Source: Minisyncoccota bacterium (lineage in GTDB: Bacteria; Patescibacteriota; Minisyncoccia; Minisyncoccales; JAQTPW01). Taken from it: a stretch of 64,000 nucleotides of DNA. The notes beneath the pieces are model-generated. The model saw only the letters and a program-made list of their open reading frames with translations. It searched no databases and was not told where the DNA came from. The stretch spans positions 2,197 through 66,196 of the forward strand of contig JAQTPW010000003.1 of the NCBI GenBank assembly GCA_028712565.1, written 5' to 3'. Of the stretch, positions 10,658 through 18,708 are shown one piece after another (positions within the stretch are counted from its first letter, which is position 1; each line of letters opens with the position of its first letter). The position numbers were made by a program, and so were the translations under genes.

Positions 10658-11422
10658 ATGATAAAGCCAAAAAATGGCGAAAAATCCTTAGAAGACCTTG
10701 CAAAGAAAATACGGCAAAATATTCTAAAAGCCAGCTTTGAGGCTGTTGCCGGACATATTGGGTCTTCTTTATCATGCGTTGAAATACTAGTAAGTTTATA
10801 TTTTAAAATCCTTAAAAGGGGAGATGTTTTTCTTTTTTCCAAAGCCAGCGGCGCCTGCGCTCTTTACGCGGTTTTGGCGGAAAAGGGGATAATTAACCCT
10901 AAAAAAGTTTCCAATTACTTAAAAAGATATCCTTTGGCATCAAAAGAGATCCCCGGAGTCATTTGGTCAGGCGGAAGTTTAGGCCATGGTTTTCCAGTAG
11001 CAGTAGGTTTGGCTTTTGCCGACAAGAAAAGAAAAGTTTTTTGTTTGGTTTCCGATGGCGAGCTAGATGAAGGGACAACTTGGGAAAGCGCTTTATTTGC
11101 CAATCATCAAAATTTAAATAATTTAACCGTCATTATTGATAGGAATATGTTGCAAGCTTGCGGTAGCACTGAAAAAATTGTTAAATTAGAGCCCTTAAAG
11201 GAAAAATGGGAAGCTTTTGGTTGGGAGGCAAAAGAAATAAATGGCCACAGTTTTTCTAAATTAGAACAGGCCTTGAATGCAAAACATAAAAAACCATTGG
11301 TAATTATTGCCAAAACGATAAAGGGAAAAGGAGTCAGCTTTATGGAAAATAATTATGAGTGGCATTACAAAAATTTAACACCCGAACTTTATGAGACAGC
11401 TATTCTCCAAGTATCTAAATAA
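10658..11422 (+). CDS. Transketolase, N-terminal (TPP-binding) subunit
   Basis: GHIGSSLS, GSLGHGFPVAVG, SDGELDEG, AKTIKGKG motifs. Confidence 0.85.
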   Translation: MIKPKNGEKSLEDLAKKIRQNILKASFEAVAGHIGSSLSCVEILVSLYFKILKRGDVFLFSKASGACALYAVLAEKGIINPKKVSNYLKRYPLASKEIPGVIWSGGSLGHGFPVAVGLAFADKKRKVFCLVSDGELDEGTTWESALFANHQNLNNLTVIIDRNMLQACGSTEKIVKLEPLKEKWEAFGWEAKEINGHSFSKLEQALNAKHKKPLVIIAKTIKGKGVSFMENNYEWHYKNLTPELYETAILQVSK

Positions 11423-11861
11423 ATTACTGAAAAAAGACAAAAATGTATTTTTTTTGACGGGAGATTTGGGTTATTCTTTTTTTAAAGAAACCGCAGATAA
11501 ATTTCCTGACCGTTTTATAAATTGCGGCATTATGGAGCAATCAATAGTTGGGATTGCAGCCGGATTGGCATTGTCTGGAAAAAAACCTTACTGCTATTCA
11601 ACTTCTCCGTTTTTAGTTTATAGAGCTTTGGAGCAAATAAGAGATGATGTTTGTTATCAGAATCTCAATGTAAAATTTGTCGGAACCGCACTCGGAGGAT
11701 TTATTGGCTTTACCCATAATTTAGAAGGCAAAGAAAATGAAGAAGATTTGTTGAAGAATTTACCCAACATGAAAAGATATTATCCAAAAACAGAAAAAGA
11801 ATTACAAGTTGATTTAGAAAAAATGTATAAATCAAATAATCCGGCTTTTATAAAACTGTGA
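11391..11861 (+). CDS. Transketolase C-terminal subunit, short form (pyrimidine-binding domain only)
   Basis: FLTGDLG, FPDRFINCGIMEQSIVGIAAGLA. It ends at NNPAFIKL with no C-terminal domain; 156 aa. Confidence 0.7.
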   Translation: MRQLFSKYLNKLLKKDKNVFFLTGDLGYSFFKETADKFPDRFINCGIMEQSIVGIAAGLALSGKKPYCYSTSPFLVYRALEQIRDDVCYQNLNVKFVGTALGGFIGFTHNLEGKENEEDLLKNLPNMKRYYPKTEKELQVDLEKMYKSNNPAFIKL

Positions 11862-11992
11862 CCCCGTTAAAAGTTTTGGGCAGAAAAAATTAGTAAAATT
11901 TTTTCTGCTATGGATAAACGGGGTAAAATAATAAAAATTTGTCTGTCTGAAATTAACAATAATGTTATATAACTGACAGACTTTTAACGGGG
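11862..11992 (+). repeat. Structured intergenic element, copy 1 (terminal inverted arms, internal AT hairpin, TATATAA box, ends in GTG start)
   Basis: CCCCGTTAAAAGT (11862-11874) is complementary to ACTTTTAACGGGG (11980-11992). Hairpin at 11881-11907. Homologous to 36380-36512. Confidence 0.6.
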
Positions 11993-13122
11993 TGAAATAC
12001 AAAGTAGATTTTATAAATTCAAGCTACCGGAGATATTATAAAGCCCATAGGGCAGAAATTTTAAAAGCAATAGATGGGTGCTTTTCTTTGGGCAATTTTG
12101 TTTTAAGAAAAGATGTTTTGGAATTTGAAGGAAAATTAGCAAATTTTGTGGGGACAAAATATGCAGTTGGAGTAAATTCTGGAACAGATGCATTAAAGTT
12201 ATCTTACAAAGCTTTGGGCTGCGGGCCGGGAGATGAAGTTATTACCGTAGGCCATACTTTTATTTCTTCAATTGAAGAAATTGTCCATTTGGGCGGAAAA
12301 CCTATTTTAATTGATGTTTGTGAAGACGGTTTGATGGATGTTTCGCAAATTGAAAAGAATATTACAAAGAGGACTGTCGGAATAGTTCCAGTTCATTTAT
12401 CGGGAAAGGTGTGCGATATGGATGAGATAATGCGAATAGCGAAAAAATATAAGCTCTGGGTTGTAGAAGATGCCTGCCAGGCGCTAGGAGCCTACTGGGG
12501 AGATAAAAAGGCGGGAAGCATAGGAAATACGGGTTGTTTTAGTTTTATATCTCCTAAGACCTTAGGCGGTGCCGGAGACGGGGGTGGAATAGTCACTGAC
12601 AGCCGAAAGTTATATGAAAAGTTGAGATTGATGAGGAATCATTGGAATATTACTCAAGGCGCATTACACGGGGTTCAGCCAAAGGCACCTGAAATTATGG
12701 ATTGGGGATATAATACCCGGCTCGACAACATTCAAGCCGCAATTTTAAACGTAAAGTTTAAATATTATCCGGCAATGCTAAAAAGAAGAAGAGAAATTGG
12801 AATGATGTATAATAAGGGCCTGAAAGATTTGCCTTGCATTTTGCCAACCCAGCAGCCAAAGCAGATTTATCAAGAATATATTATTAAGGTTGACGACATG
12901 TGGGGATTTAAAAAATTTATGGATAAAATGGGAGTTGAACTTTTGATTAGAGATACAATTCCAAATCATAAATTAAAAGGTTTGGGGATGAGCCACTTTA
13001 AGTTGCCGATTACTGAAAAAATAGCAGTCCAGTCTGTAAGGTTGCCGACTTATCCCGAATTAACAAATAAAGAAGTAGAATACGTAATAAATTCTATCAG
13101 GAAATATTATAATGCTGCCTAA
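11992..13122 (+). CDS. DegT/DnrJ/EryC1-type PLP sugar aminotransferase (PglE-like)
   Basis: Full-length family alignment by eye (GTDALKL, VPVHLSG, FSFISPKTLG); GTG start is the only in-frame start. Confidence 0.85.
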   Translation: MKYKVDFINSSYRRYYKAHRAEILKAIDGCFSLGNFVLRKDVLEFEGKLANFVGTKYAVGVNSGTDALKLSYKALGCGPGDEVITVGHTFISSIEEIVHLGGKPILIDVCEDGLMDVSQIEKNITKRTVGIVPVHLSGKVCDMDEIMRIAKKYKLWVVEDACQALGAYWGDKKAGSIGNTGCFSFISPKTLGGAGDGGGIVTDSRKLYEKLRLMRNHWNITQGALHGVQPKAPEIMDWGYNTRLDNIQAAILNVKFKYYPAMLKRRREIGMMYNKGLKDLPCILPTQQPKQIYQEYIIKVDDMWGFKKFMDKMGVELLIRDTIPNHKLKGLGMSHFKLPITEKIAVQSVRLPTYPELTNKEVEYVINSIRKYYNAA

Positions 13123-14953
13123 AAGAAAATTCCTATTTTTAATAGCCGATATTGTTTTGATTGTCGCTGCGATTTATTTGTCGTTTTTGCTTAGATTTGA
13201 TGGAAAAATTCCACCGCAGCATATACCCAATATTTTAGGGATGACGATTTTAGCGATAATCTTTTTAATCCCAACCTTCTATTTTTCCAAACTTTATTTT
13301 TTTTCCTGGACGTATGTCAGCACAGAAGAACTGATTTCTTTAGCAAAAGCTACTGCATTATCATTTTTATTTTTAGGCGCATCATTTTTTGTTCTAAAAG
13401 ATAGGCCATTTTTTTACGGCTTTCCAAGGTCTGTTTTTTTTATAAGCTATTTTTTAATTTTCTTCTTCTGCGGCGGACTCCGTTTTTCGAAAAGAATTTA
13501 TCTTCAGCTATTTCGCGGCGATGAATTTAAGAAAAGCGAACGGACTCTTATTGTCGGAGCCGGCGATGCCGGTGAACACATTTTGAGAAATATTCTTAAT
13601 TCGCACCAGAATTCTTTTTTTCCAATAGGTTTTGTCGATGACAATCCCGTAAAACAGAAAATGATTATCCATGGCTTGAAGGTTTTTGGAAAAATTAATG
13701 ATATCCCAGAAATTGTAAGATCAGAAAGGATAAAAAGCATGATTATTGCTTTGCCATCTGCCGGAACTAAAGTCATAAAGAGAGCTGTTGAGTTAGGAAG
13801 AAAGGCCCAATTAAAAAAAATAAAAATAGTTCCTCCCCTGAATGAAATTATTGGTGGAAAAATTACAATCGGGAACCTCCGGGAGGTTGAGGGAGAGGAT
13901 TTGTTGGGCAGAGATGAGGTGGAATTGGAGTTAAAGTCAATTGAAAATTTTATAAACAGTAAAACCATTTTAGTCACAGGAGCTGCCGGCTCTATTGGCT
14001 CTGAGCTCTGCCGGCAGATTGCAAAATTTAATCCCGGAAAAATTTTAATGCTTGACCAGGACGAAACAGGAATTTTCAATATTTCCGAAGAAATGCAGGA
14101 TAATTTTCCAGAGATAAAGGCGATTCCAATTGTCGGCGATATTTCTGATGAGAAAAAAATTGAGCAGGTTTTTAACCAATTTTCTCCCAATTTGATTTTT
14201 CATGCCGCAGCTTATAAGCATGTTCCTTTGATGGAAGTAGAACCTGAAGAAGCAGTAAAAAATAATATATTCGGCACAAAAAAAATTGCAGAAGCTGCAG
14301 TAAAATATAAAATAGAAAAATTCGTTTTCATATCAACCGACAAGGCAGTAAGACCGGTTTCGGTGATGGGAGCCACAAAAAGGATTGGAGAAATGATTTG
14401 CCAAGTGTTTAACAAAAAAAATTCAACAAAATTTGTTTCAGTCCGCTTTGGCAACGTATTAGATAGCCGGGGAAGCGTAATCCCAATTTTCCGGGAACAA
14501 ATAAAAAAAGGAGGCCCAGTGGAGATTACCCATCCCGATATGAAAAGATATTTTATGACCACCTCTGAGGCTTGTCTTTTGTTGCTTCAGGCATCGGCCA
14601 TGAGCGAAGGCGGAGAAGTTTTTGTTTTGGATATGGGAAAACCAATTAGAATATTGGATTTAGCAAGAGAAATGATTAAACTCTCGGGTTTGGAGCCCGA
14701 TAAAGACATCCCGATTGTCTTTACAAAACCTAGACCCGGAGAAAAACTTTTTGAGGAAATTCTTACAGCCGAAGAAGGCGTTTTGGCGACTAAAAATCAA
14801 AAAATTTTTGTCGCAAAACTTTCCAACGCAAATGAAGAAAAATTGAACTCGGGCCTGCAGAAATTAAATGAGGCCGCAATTTCCGTAGATAGAAAAGCAA
14901 TTATTAAACTAATGTCAGAAATTATTCCGTCGTATTCCCCGTCTGTTTACTAA
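13112..14953 (+). CDS. Membrane-anchored NDP-sugar 4,6-dehydratase/epimerase (CapD/PglF/WbpM-like)
   Basis: N-terminal TM helices, VGAGDAG and VTGAAGSIGSEL Rossmann motifs, 613 aa. Confidence 0.85.
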   Translation: MLPKRKFLFLIADIVLIVAAIYLSFLLRFDGKIPPQHIPNILGMTILAIIFLIPTFYFSKLYFFSWTYVSTEELISLAKATALSFLFLGASFFVLKDRPFFYGFPRSVFFISYFLIFFFCGGLRFSKRIYLQLFRGDEFKKSERTLIVGAGDAGEHILRNILNSHQNSFFPIGFVDDNPVKQKMIIHGLKVFGKINDIPEIVRSERIKSMIIALPSAGTKVIKRAVELGRKAQLKKIKIVPPLNEIIGGKITIGNLREVEGEDLLGRDEVELELKSIENFINSKTILVTGAAGSIGSELCRQIAKFNPGKILMLDQDETGIFNISEEMQDNFPEIKAIPIVGDISDEKKIEQVFNQFSPNLIFHAAAYKHVPLMEVEPEEAVKNNIFGTKKIAEAAVKYKIEKFVFISTDKAVRPVSVMGATKRIGEMICQVFNKKNSTKFVSVRFGNVLDSRGSVIPIFREQIKKGGPVEITHPDMKRYFMTTSEACLLLLQASAMSEGGEVFVLDMGKPIRILDLAREMIKLSGLEPDKDIPIVFTKPRPGEKLFEEILTAEEGVLATKNQKIFVAKLSNANEEKLNSGLQKLNEAAISVDRKAIIKLMSEIIPSYSPSVY

Positions 14954-14980
14954 ATTTTTAGATAATATAGAATAAATTTT

Positions 14981-17035
14981 ATGGGAAAAAGATCACGAGA
15001 AAAAAAAGAAAGAAGGGAAGAAGAAGTTCCAATTCCAGAAGCGGAAGTTTCAGAAAGCCCCTGGACATCGTTCCTGAAACTTATAATTTTTATAGGAATT
15101 GGTTTTATTCTTTTTACTCCATTTATTATTGGAACTAGGTATTTTTTTCCTTTTGTCGGGCCAAAAAGCATTTATTTCATGGCGTTTGTGGAAATAATTT
15201 TTGCCGCTTGGCTGATTTTAATATTTTCTGCACCCAGATACCGGCCCAAATTTAACGCCCTCCTTGTTGCCTTAATTATATATTTGGCTGTTTTTTCTTT
15301 GTCTTCTTATCTGGGAGTGGATTTTATAAGATCGTTCTGGTCAAAATTTGAAAGAATGACCGGGCTTTTGATGCAGATCCACCTTTTCGCCTTCTTTTTA
15401 GTCGTTTCTTCAGTATTCCAAAAGAAAAAAGATTGGATTGTCCTTTTTGGAATTTCAATTGTTGCGGCGATTTTAATGAGTATTATGAATTTGCTTCCTA
15501 AAATTTCAGAAAATTTTTTGAGCACTTCTTTAATGGCCTCTTCAAGAGGAGGAGCCACAATCGGGAACAGTTCTTTTTTGGGAACTTACCTTTTATTTAA
15601 TTTATTTTTCGCTCTTTATCTATTTATAAATTCAAAAAAGGACTGGATTAAAATTTTTTCGGGTTTTGGAATTATCATCATCGGCTGGGCTTTGCTTTTC
15701 AGCACTGCCCGGGCGGCAATTTACTCAACCGCGGGCGGACTTTTTTTGCTTTTTATTTTATGGATGATATTCAGCAAAGCAGGAAATTTGAAATTAATCG
15801 GTATTTCCCTTTTGGCAATTCTTGCGATTTTTTCATTAGTGGTTTTGGTTTTTTCAATCCGTCCGAATAACTATATTCACAAATTAGTAGTTGAGGATTT
15901 TTTTGGAGAAACATTTGGAGGGAGGTTTATTGTTTGGAAGGGAGCGTGGAAAAGCTTTTTAGAAAAGCCGTTTTTGGGCTGGGGTCCGGAAAATTTTGAA
16001 TTAGCTTTTACTAAAAATTATGATGCCTGCATGGGGACTCCAAGATGCGGTAGCGATGTCTGGTATGACAGGGCTCACAATATTGTTTTTGACACATTGG
16101 TTACAACAGGAATTTTTGGGTTTTTATCTTATCTTGGATTATTTGCTGCCGTTTTTTATATTTTATGGAAGCAATTTGCAAAACAGAATATTAATTTTTG
16201 GACAGCCGGGATTTTTTCAGTAACCTTGATTGCTTATTTTATCCAAAACCTAACTGTTTTTGATATGGTTAACAGCTACATGCTTTTTTTCTTGACTCTT
16301 GGATTTATTGGTAGCATATCTCAAACTGAACCACTGGTTTTTAAAAAAGAATCTTTTAATTTTTGGATAATTTTAATTGTTTTGCCGTTATTATCTTTTT
16401 CACTAATTAAATTTGTCAAACAGCCGTTATCATCCGATGGCGATATAATAAAAGCGATAAACGCCCAAGTTGGCTCAAAAGAGAGGAAAGATTTATACAC
16501 GAAAACTTTGGAAAATACTCCGATGGGAAAATACCAGATTAGGGATTTTTTTGCCCAATCGCTTTCAGAATTTATACAAGGTGGAAAATATACAGATATT
16601 CCGGTAGAAGATATGAAAGGAGAAGTTGATTATATAACTGGAGAACTGGAAAAAAGCGTAAAAGAATCTCCTTTGGATTTCCGTTCTTATTTAAAGCTTG
16701 GACAAATTTATAATTCTTATTATTCTCTTTTTGGGCTTTCGGTTGGGCAAAGGGCAGAAGAGGTTTTAACAAAAGCAATAGAGATTGGCCCCAACAATCA
16801 GCAGGGTTATTGGGCTTTAGCTCAAACTAAAATTTACGAAAAGAAAATAACGGAAGCTCTTGCTTTGGCGGAAAAAGCGCAAAATTTGGAACCAAAACTT
16901 AAAACATCTTACTTGATATTGGTTCAGGTTGCCAAAATAGCAGGCGATACTGATTTGGCAAATAAAAAAATTGAGGAAGCTATAAAAATAGATCCGTCTT
17001 GGGAAGCTGAATTAAAAGCAATTTTGGCAAATTAA
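14981..17035 (+). CDS. O-antigen ligase (Wzy_C)-like polytopic membrane protein with C-terminal TPR repeats
   Basis: About 12 TM helices, then a soluble C-terminus with TPR-like repeats (GYWALAQTKIYEKKITEALALAEKA). Confidence 0.7.
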   Translation: MGKRSREKKERREEEVPIPEAEVSESPWTSFLKLIIFIGIGFILFTPFIIGTRYFFPFVGPKSIYFMAFVEIIFAAWLILIFSAPRYRPKFNALLVALIIYLAVFSLSSYLGVDFIRSFWSKFERMTGLLMQIHLFAFFLVVSSVFQKKKDWIVLFGISIVAAILMSIMNLLPKISENFLSTSLMASSRGGATIGNSSFLGTYLLFNLFFALYLFINSKKDWIKIFSGFGIIIIGWALLFSTARAAIYSTAGGLFLLFILWMIFSKAGNLKLIGISLLAILAIFSLVVLVFSIRPNNYIHKLVVEDFFGETFGGRFIVWKGAWKSFLEKPFLGWGPENFELAFTKNYDACMGTPRCGSDVWYDRAHNIVFDTLVTTGIFGFLSYLGLFAAVFYILWKQFAKQNINFWTAGIFSVTLIAYFIQNLTVFDMVNSYMLFFLTLGFIGSISQTEPLVFKKESFNFWIILIVLPLLSFSLIKFVKQPLSSDGDIIKAINAQVGSKERKDLYTKTLENTPMGKYQIRDFFAQSLSEFIQGGKYTDIPVEDMKGEVDYITGELEKSVKESPLDFRSYLKLGQIYNSYYSLFGLSVGQRAEEVLTKAIEIGPNNQQGYWALAQTKIYEKKITEALALAEKAQNLEPKLKTSYLILVQVAKIAGDTDLANKKIEEAIKIDPSWEAELKAILAN

Positions 17036-17071
17036 ATTCTTCTCCCCGGTTTTTTTGGGGGCTTCGAAGGG

Positions 17072-17100
17072 TTGACAAAATATCATTATTCTGCTAATAT
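17072..17100 (+). promoter_or_regulatory. Sigma-70-type promoter
   Basis: TTGACA-17 nt-TAATAT. Confidence 0.5.
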
Positions 17101-17106
17101 TGTTTA

Positions 17107-17285
17107 AGTGAGTGCGGAACTCTCTAAGTCGACAGCAGACCTCTCTTAAGCGAGGCCTGTTGTTTTTTCTGAGGCGAATTGATATTATAGAGTTGGGTCG
17201 GGAGGATAGCACTCACTAAAGACTTAGAATAGGAGTTAACTCTCCTGGCCCGCTCAAAACCCAGCCTTGGCTGGGTTTTGAGTTT
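17107..17285 (+). ncRNA. Candidate structured RNA / murB leader with two intrinsic terminators
   Basis: Long-range pairing AGTGAGTGC (17107-15) with GCACTCACT (17209-17). Terminator 17132-17169 (12-bp stem + T6). Terminator 17253-17282. Confidence 0.35.
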
Positions 17286-17326
17286 ACAAAGTTTTGAGCT
17301 ATTATATAAAAACGCAATTATTGTGT

Positions 17327-18214
17327 ATGAAAATAAAAATAGGAAAATTATTGCCGGGAATTAAAAAAAATATTCCACTAAAAAAATATACGACTTTTCG
17401 GATTGGAGGAAAGGCAAAATATTTTCTGGAAGCAAAGACAAGTGAAGATTTGATGCTTGCAATTTCAACGGCAAAAAAATTTAGTCTGCCGTTTTTTATT
17501 TTGGGCGCAGGATCCAACCTATTAATTTCCGACCGAGGATATAGGGGATTGGTGATAAAAATAAAAAACCAAAAATTAAATATAAAAAATAAAAAGGTAA
17601 ATGTCGGAGCCGGAGTATTATTATCAACCTTGGTTTACGAATCTATAAAGAATTCTTTAGCTGGAATCGAGTGGGCGGTAGGCATTCCGGGAACGGTGGG
17701 GGGTTCGATTTTTGGAAATGCAGGTGCTTTTAAAAAATCAATGAAGAATATTATCGAAGAAGTCGAAGTCTTTGATAAGAAATCGGGAAAAATTAAAATT
17801 TTTAAAAATCAGGATTGCAAATTTGGTTACCGCGAGAGCATTTTCAAAAAGGATAAAAATTTAATTATACTTTCAGCGAGAATTAAGTTAAAAAAAAGTT
17901 CTAAAGAAAAAATAAAAAGTGAGATAAAGGAATATTCGGGGAATAGAAGAAAGACGCAACCTTTGAATCTTCCGTCAATTGGAAGTATTTTTAAGAATCC
18001 AAAAAATTTTTCAGCCGCCGGTCTTATTGAAAAGTGCAATTTAAAAGGAAAACGAGTCGGAAATGTCAAAATTTCTGAAAAACACGCCAATTTTATTGTG
18101 AATTTAGGGAACGGAAAGGCAAATGAAGTAAAAAAACTTATAAATTCGGCAAAAAAAGCGGTAAAAAACAAATTTGGAATAATTTTGGAAGAAGAAATCC
18201 AATATTTGCCATGA
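17327..18214 (+). CDS. murB: UDP-N-acetylenolpyruvoylglucosamine reductase
   Basis: PLKKYTTFRIGG, ILGAGSNLL, FKNP motifs. ATG 17327 is preferred over the TTG at 17294. Confidence 0.85.
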   Translation: MKIKIGKLLPGIKKNIPLKKYTTFRIGGKAKYFLEAKTSEDLMLAISTAKKFSLPFFILGAGSNLLISDRGYRGLVIKIKNQKLNIKNKKVNVGAGVLLSTLVYESIKNSLAGIEWAVGIPGTVGGSIFGNAGAFKKSMKNIIEEVEVFDKKSGKIKIFKNQDCKFGYRESIFKKDKNLIILSARIKLKKSSKEKIKSEIKEYSGNRRKTQPLNLPSIGSIFKNPKNFSAAGLIEKCNLKGKRVGNVKISEKHANFIVNLGNGKANEVKKLINSAKKAVKNKFGIILEEEIQYLP

Positions 18215-18454
18215 ATTTATAAAAATTTTTTAAAAAATTAAAATTTTCTTAAATTTTTAGTTATGCACACTTGACAAACTTGCTTGACATGAAAAAATGA
18301 ACTAATAGATGTTTTTTCAAAAAAATAGAAGAAACATTTTGGCAAATAGTGGTCGACTATTTGTATGGAATTTTTTGAAAAATTTGAAAATCGACCGATA
18401 AAAAACAAACCTATGGCAAAAAAGAAAAAGAAGAAGAGATAAAATCTCTAGGGA

Positions 18455-18535
18455 CCCCCACACTTATTTTACGCTTAAGTATTAGGATTTCGATGTAAAA
18501 TCATCGGCGTAAAGTAAGTGTGGGGGTTTTGTTTG
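18455..18535 (+). terminator. 20-bp stem hairpin with U-tract (terminator or structured RNA 3' end)
   Basis: CCCCCACACTTATTTTACGC (18455-74) pairs with GCGTAAAGTAAGTGTGGGGG (18507-26), with one G-U pair, then TTTTGTTT. Confidence 0.5.
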
Positions 18536-18562
18536 GATTGAAAATTTCTAAACTAAAACCTA

Positions 18563-18591
18563 TTGCATTTTTATCGAGCAACTAATATAAT
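18563..18591 (+). promoter_or_regulatory. Sigma-70-type promoter of the polyamine operon
   Basis: TTGCAT-17 nt-TATAAT. Confidence 0.5.
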
Positions 18592-18708
18592 AGATAAATA
18601 AACAAATAAACTATTAATCGCTTTTTGTTAACTCTTTGTTTTTAGGTAAGAAAATTTTCTTACTAAAGAGCTCTAAAATATTTTTAGGGTAAGCGATTAT
18701 TGAAATAC

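Noticed and set aside
13504-14190. 228-aa antisense ORF inside the CapD/PglF-like gene, plus similar nested antisense ORFs (e.g. 34661-35086, 35560-36267, 59708-60136)
   Set aside because: They lie wholly within well-supported genes on the other strand and have low-complexity Ser/Ile/Phe-rich translations typical of AT-rich antisense frames.
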